From the NCBI GenBank assembly GCA_963783385.1, contig CAWANJ010000009.1, forward strand, positions 1 through 64,000: 64,000 bases of DNA, in the 5' to 3' direction. A program made the translations under genes and the position numbers. The stretch is from an uncultured Gemmatimonadales bacterium. GTDB taxonomy: Bacteria; Gemmatimonadota; Gemmatimonadetes; Palauibacterales; Palauibacteraceae. The notes beneath the pieces were generated by a model. It worked only from the letters and a program-made list of their open reading frames with translations, searched no databases and was not told where the DNA came from. This document shows, in pieces, positions 31,363 to 41,763 of this stretch. Within the stretch, counting starts at the first letter, position 1. Each line of letters begins with the position of its first letter.

Positions 31363-31766
31363 GCCCGGCCGAGCCGCCCGGCCAGGTAACGGCCCGCCCG
31401 GTCGTTGTCCTCGAGGAGCGCGTCGATGCGCTCGGGAAATCGCTCGTAGTAAGCCAGGGCCTCCTCGAGCGTTTCCTCCTGAAGCCACCCGAAGTGCTCT
31501 TGCAGCGCCGCCGGGTCGGAGCGGTACTCGCGGCGGGCCGCCACGATCTCCCAGATCTCGGGCCCGCCCTCGACGGCCGCGCGGCGTCCGCCCAGGCTCT
31601 CCCGGAACTCGAGGTGGGGGAAGCGGCGCAGGGCCCACCACTCCTCGAGGACACGGCGCAGGCCCTCGGACGTGGACTCACCGCGCGCCTCGAACTCTCT
31701 TCGCAGCTCGTCCTCGAGCCACGGGCGCAGCTTCACGCTGATCGGTCGATCGGCGACGGTCGGCAT
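31359..31766 (-). CDS. DUF433-family antitoxin with RHH-like N-terminus
   Basis: FPHLEFRE..GGRRAAV..GPEIWEIV...EALAYYERFPERID. Confidence 0.8.
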   Translation of the reverse strand: MPTVADRPISVKLRPWLEDELRREFEARGESTSEGLRRVLEEWWALRRFPHLEFRESLGGRRAAVEGGPEIWEIVAARREYRSDPAALQEHFGWLQEETLEEALAYYERFPERIDALLEDNDRAGRYLAGRLGRA

Positions 31767-31793
31767 AGTCCGGCTCCCGTTGCGGGTGGCATA

Positions 31794-31808
31794 GTATACC
31801 AGGTATAC
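31794..31808. promoter_or_regulatory. Palindromic operator upstream of the DUF433 antitoxin
   Basis: GTATACC-A-GGTATAC perfect inverted repeat ~28 bp before the start codon. Confidence 0.6.
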
Positions 31809-32011
31809 CACGTCTACCGAGAAACGTGCCCCTCTCCCATCCCCGCGGTCAAGGGCAGGAGGGCTTTCGATGCGGGAAAGGTGTACCCCGGGCCTCACGT
31901 GCGCGTCATCGGGGGGCCGGCCCGCGGCCGTGGTGCCCCCGGGGGCGGTGCGCCCTAGCTTCGGGATCGGTCCTCGGCACCGTCGGAACGGGCAACCCTG
32001 CGAGGTACCGC

Positions 32012-33181
32012 ATGCGCCGCCTGAGCTCCTCGAGCCTCAAGATGTACCGCCGCTGCCCCCAGCAGTGGAAACTCAAGTACATCGACCGCCTCCCCGAGGC
32101 CCCCAAGCCCTTCTTCAACCTGGGGACCGCCGTCCACTCCGCCCTCGAGGCCTTCTACCGGGGGAGGGTGGCGGGCCCGCCTCCGCTGGACGAGGTGCTC
32201 GCGGCCTTCCGCGAGGCGTTCGACCCCGACGCCTATCCCACCGAGGAGGAGACCGAGCGCCGCCGGGCGGATGGTCTCGCCATGACCCGGGCCTTCTACG
32301 AAAAGCACGCCGCCGGCTTCCGCCCCGCGCTCGCCGTCGAGAAGCACCTGTTCTTCGAGGTCGAGGGCGTCGCCTTCACCGGGTACGTGGACCGGATCGA
32401 CAAGCTCGGCGAGGCGCGGATCGGCATCGTCGACTACAAGACGGGCGGGAGCTTCGACCTGGACCGGGTCAAGACCGAGCCCCAGCTCACCCTCTACCAG
32501 CTCGGGACCGAGCAGAAGCTCGGGATGGAGGTCGGCCGCCTGGCGCTCTACCACGTCCCCTCGCAGACGGCCTTCCAGGTGGAACGGCACGGCGAGGAGC
32601 AGGTGGAGCGGGTGCGGGGCATGGTGCGGGAGGCGGCCCGCGGGATCGAGGCCGGGGCCTTCGAGCCCAGGCCGGGCCACCACTGCCGCTGGTGCGACTT
32701 CCAGCCCTTCTGTCCGGCCTTCGCCGACGAGTACCCGGAGAACTGGCTGCAGGAGCCCACGCCCCCGGCCCCCACGCACGCCGAGGCGGGGGCGCTGGCG
32801 GACCGGTACGGGAAGCTGAAGGCGCGCGAGAAGGAGCTCTCGCGGGAGCTGGCCGAAGTGCGGGAGCGGCTGGAAGCGTTCTTCGAGGCCACGGGCGAGC
32901 GGGCGGCCTCGGGGTCGGGCTTACCGGGTGAAGGCGAGCCGCAAGGAGGAGTGGCGGATCGGGGACGACGAGGGGCTCCGGGAGCTGCTGGAGCCGCTGG
33001 GGCTGTGGGAGCGGGTGCTCACCACCCGGGTGGACTGGCGGCGGAAGGCGGCGCTGGCGGAGGACGCCGACCTGCCGGAGGAGGTCAGGGAGGCGTGCCG
33101 GGAGCTGGCGAGCCGGAAGGTGACGTGGCGGCTGACGCCGGGGGAGGTGGAAGGGGAAGGGAGGGCGACCCCGAGGAGTGA
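32012..33181 (+). CDS. RecB/AddB/Cas4-like PD-(D/E)XK nuclease with coiled-coil C-terminus (frameshifted)
   Basis: LSSSSL..Y.RCP, GTAVH, GYVDRID, IVDYKTG, QLTLY, C..C.....CP; frameshift near 32920; end uncertain. Confidence 0.85.
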   Translation: MRRLSSSSLKMYRRCPQQWKLKYIDRLPEAPKPFFNLGTAVHSALEAFYRGRVAGPPPLDEVLAAFREAFDPDAYPTEEETERRRADGLAMTRAFYEKHAAGFRPALAVEKHLFFEVEGVAFTGYVDRIDKLGEARIGIVDYKTGGSFDLDRVKTEPQLTLYQLGTEQKLGMEVGRLALYHVPSQTAFQVERHGEEQVERVRGMVREAARGIEAGAFEPRPGHHCRWCDFQPFCPAFADEYPENWLQEPTPPAPTHAEAGALADRYGKLKAREKELSRELAEVRERLEAFFEATGERAASGSGLPGEGEPQGGVADRGRRGAPGAAGAAGAVGAGAHHPGGLAAEGGAGGGRRPAGGGQGGVPGAGEPEGDVAADAGGGGRGREGDPEE

Positions 33182-33994
33182 AGCCGCCCCTGGCCTTCCG
33201 GGTTCAAGGACTTGCGATTCGCGCGGTGCCGCCTCGCTCTTCGGACGGTCGACGAGCTGGTGTCTCGAAGAGCCGACATGGCCGCCCAGACCGCGACGAG
33301 CAGCCGGAGCGCGCCGTGCGGCCCGATAGCCAGCGTCGCGACCGCGAGGACCAGGAGTCCGACGAGGATGAGCCAGCCGGCTGCGTGGTCAGGCGGGACG
33401 CGGTCGGCTCCGGAGCGGAGTCCGAGCCCGGGCGCGGGCGGGGAATCCCCATGGCGATGTCCGCTGGCGGCGGGTCGTACCGGCGGGATCCCTCGTCCGT
33501 CGCGATGATGCGGCTGCGTATCGAATTCTTCCTCGTCTTCGAGGAGGTCCACGATCGTGCCGTCCTGGAGGTTCTGGGCGAGCCCCGGCGACGCCAGATT
33601 GGTCGGCGTCCGGGTGATCGCGGCGTCCGGAAACTGCTCCAGCACCTGCCGGCGAAGGGACTCCAGGTCCTCCTCGGCGCAGGTCCAGTGGCCTTCCGTG
33701 CCCTCACAGGACGGGCACATGTGCCAGTGGTTGACGTCGTCCGGTGATGATCCCGCTGCCGTAACAGTCCGGGCACCAGGTCCGGTTCGGTCCAAGGAGC
33801 TGGTCGGCGAGGGCGCGGTGCGGGCCCATGGGCTTCAGCCCGTAGGCATACTGGTAGGCAGCCATGCTCTCGTGGCTGCTCCGGAACCAGCCGGCGAACT
33901 CGTGGAGGGTCCCGCACGTCTGGCACTCGGGCCAGCTTACCAGCTCGGCATGACCCGCGTGGTCGCAACGCGGGGTGAACATTCGGTGCGGCAT
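33085..33994 (-). CDS. Cys-rich hypothetical protein with DnaJ-like CxxCxG motifs (frameshift near 33745; 3' end uncertain)
   Basis: CQTCG, CPDCYGSG, CPSCEGT; RBS GAGGAG before MPHRMF. Confidence 0.5.
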
Positions 33995-34090
33995 CGGTGG
34001 CTCCTCTCTTCGACAGCCCGTGAGGAGCGGCAGGAAGCACAAAGAGCCCGCCCGCAGCGTGCGGACAGGCTCTCCTGCCGCGCTTTAGAA

Positions 34091-34146
34091 GGAGGTCTCG
34101 AGGGCCGGCGCGCCTTCAAGCTGCGGATGTCAAATCCGCGCCGACC
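34091..34146 (+). repeat. Intergenic direct repeat, copy 1
   Basis: GGAGGTCTCGAGGGCCGGCG[C/T]GCCTTCA, 27/28 identical to 49561-49588, with weaker similarity for another ~28 bp. Confidence 0.75.
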
Positions 34147-34222
34147 GGCCGCTAGGGGCGGCCAGACAGGATCAGTCTACCCAGTGAGATTTGAGCTCGC
34201 AAGCCTGGCGCGCCCCTCAGGC

Positions 34223-34251
34223 TTGATGTGCGTAACGTAACGCGCTACACT
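34223..34251 (+). promoter_or_regulatory. higBA promoter/operator
   Basis: TTGATG-17 bp-TACACT with GTAACG-N5-CGCTAC imperfect palindrome; TTG start 6 nt downstream suggests a leaderless mRNA. Confidence 0.6.
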
Positions 34252-34256
34252 TACCC

Positions 34257-34562
34257 TTGATCAGGACGTTCCGCGATCGCGCGACGAAGGCGATCTTTCA
34301 GGGCGGGTCGCTGAGCCCAAAGGAGGGCAAGCGAGCACGAAAGCGCCTGCCCACGCCGCTCTGGAAGCGAGCGCAGGCGAAGCTCGACCAGCTCGACGCA
34401 GCCGAGGAGCCGGGCCACCTCGCGACCCCCTCCAACCGCCTCGAAGCGCTCACGGGTGACCGGGAAGGGCAGTACTCGATCCGGATCGACCGGCAGTACC
34501 GGATCTGCTTCACCTGGCGCGATGGTGATGCCTGGGATGTCGAGATCGTGGACTACCACTGA
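34257..34562 (+). CDS. higB: HigB toxin (RelE-like)
   Basis: MIRTFRD, PSNRLEALTGDREGQYSIRIDRQYRICFTW, VEIVDYH. Confidence 0.93.
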   Translation: MIRTFRDRATKAIFQGGSLSPKEGKRARKRLPTPLWKRAQAKLDQLDAAEEPGHLATPSNRLEALTGDREGQYSIRIDRQYRICFTWRDGDAWDVEIVDYH

Positions 34563-34572
34563 GGAAGGGGAC

Positions 34573-34887
34573 ATGTCGTACGAGCGAGGCCAGCCGAAGC
34601 GGGCACCCACCCACCCGGGCTACGTGGTACGGACGGAGCTCGAGGAACTCGGCATGTCTATCACCGAGGCGGCCGGGCGCCTGGGCGTGGCCCGCCCGAC
34701 TCTGAGCCAGGTCGTCAACGAGAACCGGAGCGTGAGTCCCGAGATGGCTCTCAAGCTCGGCCGGCTGTTCGGGAACGGCACCGCCGTGTGGATGAACATG
34801 CAGACGGCCTACGATCTGTGGGCCGTGGAGCACGATGCGGCGGCGTTGCGGGACGCACGCCGCGTGGAACCCGTGCACGCCGGCTGA
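34573..34887 (+). CDS. higA: HigA antitoxin
   Basis: PTHPG, VSPEMALKLGRLFG..WMNMQ.AYDLW. Confidence 0.93.
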   Translation: MSYERGQPKRAPTHPGYVVRTELEELGMSITEAAGRLGVARPTLSQVVNENRSVSPEMALKLGRLFGNGTAVWMNMQTAYDLWAVEHDAAALRDARRVEPVHAG

Positions 34888-34924
34888 GGTTTGGGCTCGG
34901 CGGCGGCTCCAGTGCCGCGCCCCG

Positions 34925-36004
34925 TCAGGCCGCCAGCACCCTCTCCCAATCCCGACCCAGCGGCACCAGCACGTCCTTCCGCACCCACACCTGTCCACCC
35001 GACGTCGCCACCTGCTCGTAGGCCCACCGGGTGATGCGAAGCGATGCGTCCCGGTCGTGGACGAGGCCCGCCTCATCGAAACGGCGCGGGAGGTCGTAGG
35101 CCGACTCCTCGTTCCTCGCCCTCCAGCGGCGGAGGTGGGGCACGGCGGCGAGGCGGTCGCCCTTGTGGCCGTTACAGCCCCGGTGGGCCAGGACGAAGTT
35201 GTGGGCCAGGTCGAAGGGGTAGCGCCGCCACGGCACGAAGTGGTCGACGGCGCTCGCGTCCCCGCGGAGACGTCCCTCGCAGTAGAAGCAGCGGTCACGC
35301 TGGACGTCCTCCAGGATGGTCCGGTAGGCGGAGAGGTCCCTGCGGTCGGTGCCGAACAGGAACTCGCGGAGCTCGGACGTGGGGCCCAGGAGCGCGTCGT
35401 TGGTGCGGCGGACGTGCGCGGTCCACGCGCCCTGCACCATGTCGGTGATGAGGGAATAGAACTCCCGGAAGCAGTAGGCGACGCCGGGGCGGAGCGTGAT
35501 GTCGCGCGGGTTCTCGGCCGCGCGGTCCTCGTAGAGGAAGTCGAGCCTGCGGCTCCCCACGGTCTGGAGCTTCCACAGGGGCATGCGCCGGACGGTGCTC
35601 TCCACGTTCCGCAGGAGCCCCGGCCAGGCGTCCGAGCCTTCCACGCGCCCCAGCCTGGGGTCGTACTCGGCCCGCGCCTCCCGGACCGCGTTCACGACGG
35701 CGGCCTGGCGGCCGGTGTTCTGCTTCAGCGGGCGGTTCGTGCCGGCGGCGGGGAAGGGCGCGGCCTGCCTCCAGTAGAGGCGCACGAACTGGTCGGCCAG
35801 CTCGCGGGTGGTGAGGGTCAGCGCCTCGCCCGACCCGTCCCCCCTGGTCACGCACAGGTCCGCGATGGCGTGGAGGAGCGCGTACTTGTAGGTGGCGGTG
35901 AACGTCCCCTCGTCCAGGAGGCGGCGGAGGTTGCGGAGGAAGGCGAGCTGCTCCTCGGCGGTCGGAGCTCGCGTTTCTCGACCGAAACCGGGATCACGAT
36001 TCAT
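34925..36004 (-). CDS. HNH endonuclease
   Basis: ATYKYALL N-terminus; CFYC..VDHFVPW..NFVLAH..CN..K. Confidence 0.88.
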   Translation of the reverse strand: MNRDPGFGRETRAPTAEEQLAFLRNLRRLLDEGTFTATYKYALLHAIADLCVTRGDGSGEALTLTTRELADQFVRLYWRQAAPFPAAGTNRPLKQNTGRQAAVVNAVREARAEYDPRLGRVEGSDAWPGLLRNVESTVRRMPLWKLQTVGSRRLDFLYEDRAAENPRDITLRPGVAYCFREFYSLITDMVQGAWTAHVRRTNDALLGPTSELREFLFGTDRRDLSAYRTILEDVQRDRCFYCEGRLRGDASAVDHFVPWRRYPFDLAHNFVLAHRGCNGHKGDRLAAVPHLRRWRARNEESAYDLPRRFDEAGLVHDRDASLRITRWAYEQVATSGGQVWVRKDVLVPLGRDWERVLAA

Positions 36005-36083
36005 GACCGCTGACCACCGAAGGGTCCAAACAGCGCAGCGGATCGCCCTGAAGGGCCGTGCGCTGCGCCGACTCTACGATTCC

Positions 36084-38073
36084 TCAGCCGCCCGTCTTCT
36101 TCACCAGGGGCAGGTCGAGGTAGGTGTCGTTCGACGGCGTGTGGTAGATGCGCATCGTGGCCTTCCGGTAGTCGCCGGGCCTGGCCCAGAAGATGTTGTT
36201 CACGAACGTCTGGGGGTTCCGGTCGTACAGCGGGAACCAGCTCGACTGGATCTGCACCATGATCCGGTGCCCGGGCCGGAACACGTGGTTGGCCGTGGGC
36301 AGGTGGAAGGTGTAGACCAGCGGCTGGTTCGGGGTGATGGGCTCGGGCTTCGAGTAGCTCTCCCGGTAACGCCCGCGGAAGATGTCCATGGACACGGCCA
36401 GCTGGTAGCCGCCCATGTCGGGCTGCTCGGCGTCCTCGGGCGGATACACGTCGATGAGCTTCACCACCCAGTCCGCGTCGGTGCCGGTGGTCGAGGCCAC
36501 CAGGTGGACGAGCGGCCGGCCGCTGATCTGCACCGAGTCGGTGAGGGGCTGCGGACTCGTACGCCAGGACGTCCGTGCGGCCCGAGAATTCCCGCTGATC
36601 GTCGACCAGCCACTGCGACCAGGTGGAGCGGTCGCGTTGCCCTGGGAGTAGATCGGCCGATGCCGGAAGGGGACGGGCTTGGCGGGGTCGGAGATGTACC
36701 AGTCGAAGGCCGAGTCCCCGACGGCCGGCTTCCGAAAGCCCACCTTCAGGCCGCCCTCCAGGTAGAGGGGCGTGGGGGTCACCGTGCAGCCGGACGCGCA
36801 GCCCGGAGGGCCACGACTGCAGCCGCTCCCAGCGGTCGGCTCCCGTGAGGTAGGCCGTGACCGGCGCGACGCTGTCGGGGGGCGAGCCGTCCTTCAGGTA
36901 GTGGGCCAGGAAGGGGGCCAGGATGTGGCGCTGAAAGTAGAGCGACGTGTTGGTCGGGAAGCGCAGGGCGCCCAGGGAGCTCCCGCCCTGGAGGTCCGCC
37001 TCCTGGCCGTGGTGCCAGGGGCCGATGACCAGATACACGCTGTCGTTGCGGGAGTCCTTGGGCTCCAGGGCGCGGTAGACCGCCGTGGCGCCGTAGATGT
37101 CCTCCTGGTCCCACAGGCTCTGGACCAGCATGACCGGCACCTTGAGCGGCTGCCTGGCCAGGATCGAGTCCACGGCCTGGAGCTGCCACCAGCGGTCGTA
37201 GTCGGGATGCTGGACGATCTTGCGCCAGAAGCCCACCTGCTCGAGCCCGTGCTCCTTCCCGAGCTGGCCGGCCGAGACCCCGTTCATGTACAGGTCGTAG
37301 GCGTCCCGGGTGTTGGTCCACCAGTGGTACTCGCCGGTGCGCGAGGCCTCCTGCTCGAGGATGTAGGGCATGTTCATCCCCCTCTCGCGGAAGGCGCCGT
37401 GGTGGAACCAGTCGTCCCCCATCCAGCCGTCCACCATCGGGTTCATGGGGACCACGACCTTGAGGGCGGGGTGCGGGTTCACGAGCGGCGTGAGGCTCAG
37501 GAACCCGTCGTAGGAGATCCCCAGGATCCCGACCTTCCCGTTCGACTCGGGCACGTGCTTCACCAGCCAGTCGATCGTGTCCCACGTGTCGGTGGACTCG
37601 TCGACCTTCGTGGGATTGAGCGGTCCGACGAAGGGGCGGTTCATCACGTACTCGCCCTCGGACCCGTACTTGCCGCGAATGTCCTGGATCACGCGGATGT
37701 AGCCGCCCCCCAGGACGGCCTCGAGCGCGGGGTCGTGGTTCCCCAGCCGCGGCCCCATCTGCAATGTGTAGGCGCGCGAGGCCCGGGCGTCCGCGTTGTA
37801 CGGGGTGCGCGTCATGAGCATCGGCGCGTCCTTGGCGCCCCTGGGGATGAGGATCACCGTGTGGAGCTTCACCCCGTCCCGCATGGGGATCATGACGTCC
37901 CGCCGCATGAAGTCGAAGCTGGAGTCCACCGGCGTGAAGTGCGCCGGCGTCTCGTTCGGCAGGGAGTCGACCGGGATCTTCTGCTGGGCCGCGACGGACT
38001 GGAGCGCGGTCCACGGGAGGATGAGAGCGGCCACGAGAAGGATGAAGCTGCGAGGTCGGGCCAGGCTGCTCAT
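36084..38073 (-). CDS. CocE/NonD-family hydrolase (alpha-amino acid ester hydrolase-like), frameshifted
   Basis: IPMRDGVKL, RTPY, GISYDG, GPWHHG, QSSWFPLYDRNPQ. Confidence 0.9.
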
Positions 38074-38194
38074 GCGCGTGCTCTCCGGCGCCAGGGGTAC
38101 GGGCCGCCGTGGAGGGACGACGCGGATCCCCGGGCGGTCGCCGACGGCCGCACAGGATAGGGCCGGATGCCGACCCCGGGCCAGACGCGCCGCG

Positions 38195-38581
38195 TCAGCC
38201 GCGCTCCCAGTACCTCGCCCTCCCCGGGATCACGTGGCGGATCCCGCCGGTCGGGTCCGGCACGTCGCCGCTCCAGCGGGGGATCACGTGGACGTGGGCG
38301 TGGTGGACGGTCTGGCCGGCGGCCTCGCCGTCGTTGACGCCGATCGTGAAGCCGTCGGGCTCGAGCTCGCCGGCGAGACCGTTCCGCACCTCGGCCACCA
38401 GCGCCCACACGTCCGCGCGCTCCTCGTCCGAGAGGTCGAACAGGCTCCCGGCGTGGCGGACGGGGACGACCAGGGTGTGGCCCTCGGAGAGAGGGAAGGC
38501 GTCGCGGAGGGCGAGCGCGTGCTCGGTGGCGCGGAGGACGCGGCCGGGCTCCGGGGCGCAGAACGGGCAGTCGCTGGGCAT
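38195..38581 (-). CDS. HIT-family hydrolase
   Basis: CPFC, GVNDGEAAGQTVHHAHVHVIPR. Confidence 0.93.
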   Translation of the reverse strand: MPSDCPFCAPEPGRVLRATEHALALRDAFPLSEGHTLVVPVRHAGSLFDLSDEERADVWALVAEVRNGLAGELEPDGFTIGVNDGEAAGQTVHHAHVHVIPRWSGDVPDPTGGIRHVIPGRARYWERG

Positions 38582-38665
38582 GACGAAAGGTCGCCCGGGG
38601 AGCGGGGCGGGAGCAAGGGGGCGGGGGCGCGCCCCCCGGCCGCGGTCACCCCGGGGGCGCCCGGC

Positions 38666-41554
38666 CTATCCTCCCGATCCGACGGTGCACGAGTAGGTGG
38701 TCTGGCCTCCGGTGGATTCCGGGAATCCGTCCGAGACGATCCGGAAGCTCGCGGTGAGACTCGCGGAACGCGGGTTCCCGGGATCGGCCACCGACGAGAT
38801 CATCACGGTCCCGCTGATAGTCCCCGCCACGGTCTGCCCGTCGTTGTCGGAGAGGACCAGCGGCAGGTAATCGACGCTGGTGTAATTCAGATCCTGGGCC
38901 GACAGCCCGAGGTTGCCGATCACGGTGCCCTGCAGGCTGCCTGTGGTGCCGATCGGAATCCCCGGCTCACCCGCCACGGGCGGGACCGCACTGATGCCGA
39001 GCGTCTGGCCCGACTGGGTGTCGTTGAGCGTGATCGACCCCAGGTAGCCCCCGCCGTTCACCACGAACTGGCCCGTGTCGCTGGAGTCGCTGCTGATCAA
39101 CGGGGAGCCCTCCAGCTGCACGGACCAGCCGCAGTCGCATCCGCCAATGTTGACGGTCACCTGGTCCTTGATCTCGGAGTTCTGCACGCTCTGTGCGGTG
39201 ATGATCGCGGTGCCGCCCGCGGGGGCGCTCGCGGGAGCCACGTAGAGTCCCGTCTGCGGGTCGATGCTCCCCGCGCTCGCGCTCCATGTGACCGTCGGGT
39301 CCGTGAGTCCCTTGACGTCGGCGCTGAACTGCAGGGTATCCCCCGGATCCAGGCAGGCGGTGCTCGGCGAGATCCTGATCTGCCCGAAGTGGATCGTCGC
39401 GGTGGCGACGCGCGGCTCCGTGGCGTTCGTGCGCGCCCCGGTGTTCGCCGTGTCCCGCACGGTGAGGAGATCGGGCTTGGAGGGGTCGGGATTCGTCGGC
39501 GCCGTATAGGTGACGGTGAAGACGTTCTCCGAGGTGGAGATGGGCTGTCCCGCGGTTCCCTGGAGCCCCGCCGTGTCCGTCCTGATTTGCTCCGGGTAGA
39601 AGGCGTCCGTGACCTCCACCTGGAAATCCTGCTGCGTACCGGGAGCGAGGAAGACCTCCGTGGGCGACATCGTCACCTGGAGCCGCTTGACGGTCAGCTC
39701 GGACTGCCAGGTGGCCTGCTGGCCGCCGAATCTGTCGGAGTTGGTCCTCACCACCAGCGTGGCCGTCCCCACCTTCTCGGGATCGTAGTGGATGCTGTCT
39801 CTCAGGGTGAAGGCGTCCCCGACGATCTTCGCCGTGGACCACTTCTGTGGCATCACCAGCACAGGCCCGAACAGCTCCGGCTTGAGGTCCAGGGCATCGA
39901 CTCCCGCGTTCTTGAGGATCCCGTCGGCCACCGGACCGGTCAGCACATACGAGAGCGCCGAGTTCACGTCCGCCCCGGCCACCTGCTCCGCGTCCATGAA
40001 CCCGTCCAGCGTGCTGGCGACCCCTGACGATTGCAGGAGCCCGTTCAGCAGCTCTTTGCCCAGGTCGTAGCCCACGTTCGAGGCCGTCGCGTTGAACAAG
40101 TCCAGGCGATCGGGACCGGGCTCGTCCTCCTTGAACGTGGGCCTACCGACTTCCCCGCTGGTCTGCACGAAGCTCGACGGAAGCAGGGCGGCCGTCCGGC
40201 TGTTCGAGGTCTGGAGGAGCCACACGACGAACCCCGCCACCCCCGCCGGAGTGCCGAGCCCCGGGACCAGGCCGACGGCTCCGAGCACCTGGCTCATGTC
40301 GCCGTAGAGCTTGCCGGTCGCTCCTTTGACCTGGAAGGCGGCGTCCGCCGCCTCCTGCATGCAGGCGTCGAGGAGTCCCGTGTCGGGTCCGGCAGGTCCG
40401 TTGTTGATCGCGTCCGGCGTGCACAGCCCGGCACCGGGCCCGAGACTCATCCGTGCCGCCGGCGCCCCGGCGCCGGACGCGGAGACCGAGGCTGCCAGGC
40501 TGCTCCGCAGCCCCGTGCGCGCCAGCAGCGGCTCGAGCAGGTCCAGCCGGGCCGCCTCGCTCGCCGGGGAGGTTCCGTCCGCGATCGCCACCAGCGAGCT
40601 GTCGTTGTCGGGATCGTTCAGAGCGCCCTGGGTCAGTGCGATGGGGATGAGCACCTGCGGCAGGTCCGCCGCGGGGGTGGCGAGCAGCTCCTCCCGGGAG
40701 GTGCCGAGGACCGCCTCCTGGGCGTCCAGGATCCCTTGCAGCTCGTCGGCGATCGCCTTCAGCTCGCCCGGGGCCGGATCCAGGGGATCGATCTGGAAGT
40801 CGAACGACGCGCAGGCGAAGGTCCCGTCGGTGATCGAGAGCTGCACCGGGCCGCCCTGGGGCGACGTGGAGGGATGGACGGGCACGATCAGCTCCGCGTT
40901 GCCCTGATCGTTCACGTCCACGCGCCCGAAGGAGGTCACGGTGTCGCCGTCGACCTCGGCGAGCGCCGCCAGGGGCGGCTGGAAGTCGGACGGCAGCTGC
41001 CCGAGCGCGACCCGGTCCAGGGGCTGGCCGTGGGAGGCGGCGGGCGAGAGGTCCGGGCATGCCACCGTCTGGTAGGGTCCGCTCGGGGCGCCCACCACGA
41101 CGGCGGAGAAGTGGTCGATCTGCGCTTCGACGGTGCCCGCCGCCTCGTCCACCGTGCTGGCCGGCGTCTCCAGCTGGGAGCCGAAGTGGAGCATGCGGAG
41201 CCGCGAGGCCTTCGCGTCCGGCGGCAGGTCGGCGGGATCGTAGGAGATCGTCACCGTGACGGGCTTCTGGAAGGTCAGGCCCTCGGGCCCCAGGCGGTAG
41301 GCCGTGCCGCCGACCAGCTGGAAGCCGTCCGGGGCCGTGAGGCTGTCGGCCGGGATGCGCTCGATCGTGATGTCTTCGCTCTTCGTCAGGGCTCCGGCAG
41401 GCACCTTCAGCTCGAGTCCCCTGACGGTCATCGACCCGCCGTCGGGCCCCAGCCCGTTGCTCGGTCCGGTCGGAGCCGGTCCGGTGGCGCTGTTACACCC
41501 CCAAACGAGGACGATTCCCACCAGGAGCACCGAAGCCAGACGCCGAAACGCCAT
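38666..41554 (-). CDS. Large lipoprotein with ZU5-like and Ig-like domains
   Basis: Lipobox VWGC; VPAGAL, GPEGLTFQKPV, IDHFS; Ig-like PTVTWSASAGSID..GLYVAP. Confidence 0.75.
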   Translation of the reverse strand: MAFRRLASVLLVGIVLVWGCNSATGPAPTGPSNGLGPDGGSMTVRGLELKVPAGALTKSEDITIERIPADSLTAPDGFQLVGGTAYRLGPEGLTFQKPVTVTISYDPADLPPDAKASRLRMLHFGSQLETPASTVDEAAGTVEAQIDHFSAVVVGAPSGPYQTVACPDLSPAASHGQPLDRVALGQLPSDFQPPLAALAEVDGDTVTSFGRVDVNDQGNAELIVPVHPSTSPQGGPVQLSITDGTFACASFDFQIDPLDPAPGELKAIADELQGILDAQEAVLGTSREELLATPAADLPQVLIPIALTQGALNDPDNDSSLVAIADGTSPASEAARLDLLEPLLARTGLRSSLAASVSASGAGAPAARMSLGPGAGLCTPDAINNGPAGPDTGLLDACMQEAADAAFQVKGATGKLYGDMSQVLGAVGLVPGLGTPAGVAGFVVWLLQTSNSRTAALLPSSFVQTSGEVGRPTFKEDEPGPDRLDLFNATASNVGYDLGKELLNGLLQSSGVASTLDGFMDAEQVAGADVNSALSYVLTGPVADGILKNAGVDALDLKPELFGPVLVMPQKWSTAKIVGDAFTLRDSIHYDPEKVGTATLVVRTNSDRFGGQQATWQSELTVKRLQVTMSPTEVFLAPGTQQDFQVEVTDAFYPEQIRTDTAGLQGTAGQPISTSENVFTVTYTAPTNPDPSKPDLLTVRDTANTGARTNATEPRVATATIHFGQIRISPSTACLDPGDTLQFSADVKGLTDPTVTWSASAGSIDPQTGLYVAPASAPAGGTAIITAQSVQNSEIKDQVTVNIGGCDCGWSVQLEGSPLISSDSSDTGQFVVNGGGYLGSITLNDTQSGQTLGISAVPPVAGEPGIPIGTTGSLQGTVIGNLGLSAQDLNYTSVDYLPLVLSDNDGQTVAGTISGTVMISSVADPGNPRSASLTASFRIVSDGFPESTGGQTTYSCTVGSGG

Positions 41555-41763
41555 CTCTCCACCACCGGTTCCAGGAAACTGCAGACTGCCCGCGCCGGTG
41601 AGAGCGGGAAAAGAGGCCGGGACCCGCCACGGAGAGGTCTACCGTCTCGCGGCGGTCTTCCGGAACGAGACGCGCCGGTGGCGGCGGAGGGCGGGGCGGG
41701 GCACTTTTGGGAACGCCGAGCCCCCACCGGATCCCGTCGCGTCCGCCGCGAGGAGGCGCCGCC

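Noticed and set aside
32012-34250. CRISPR-Cas locus around the Cas4-like gene
   Set aside because: No repeat-spacer array and no other cas genes
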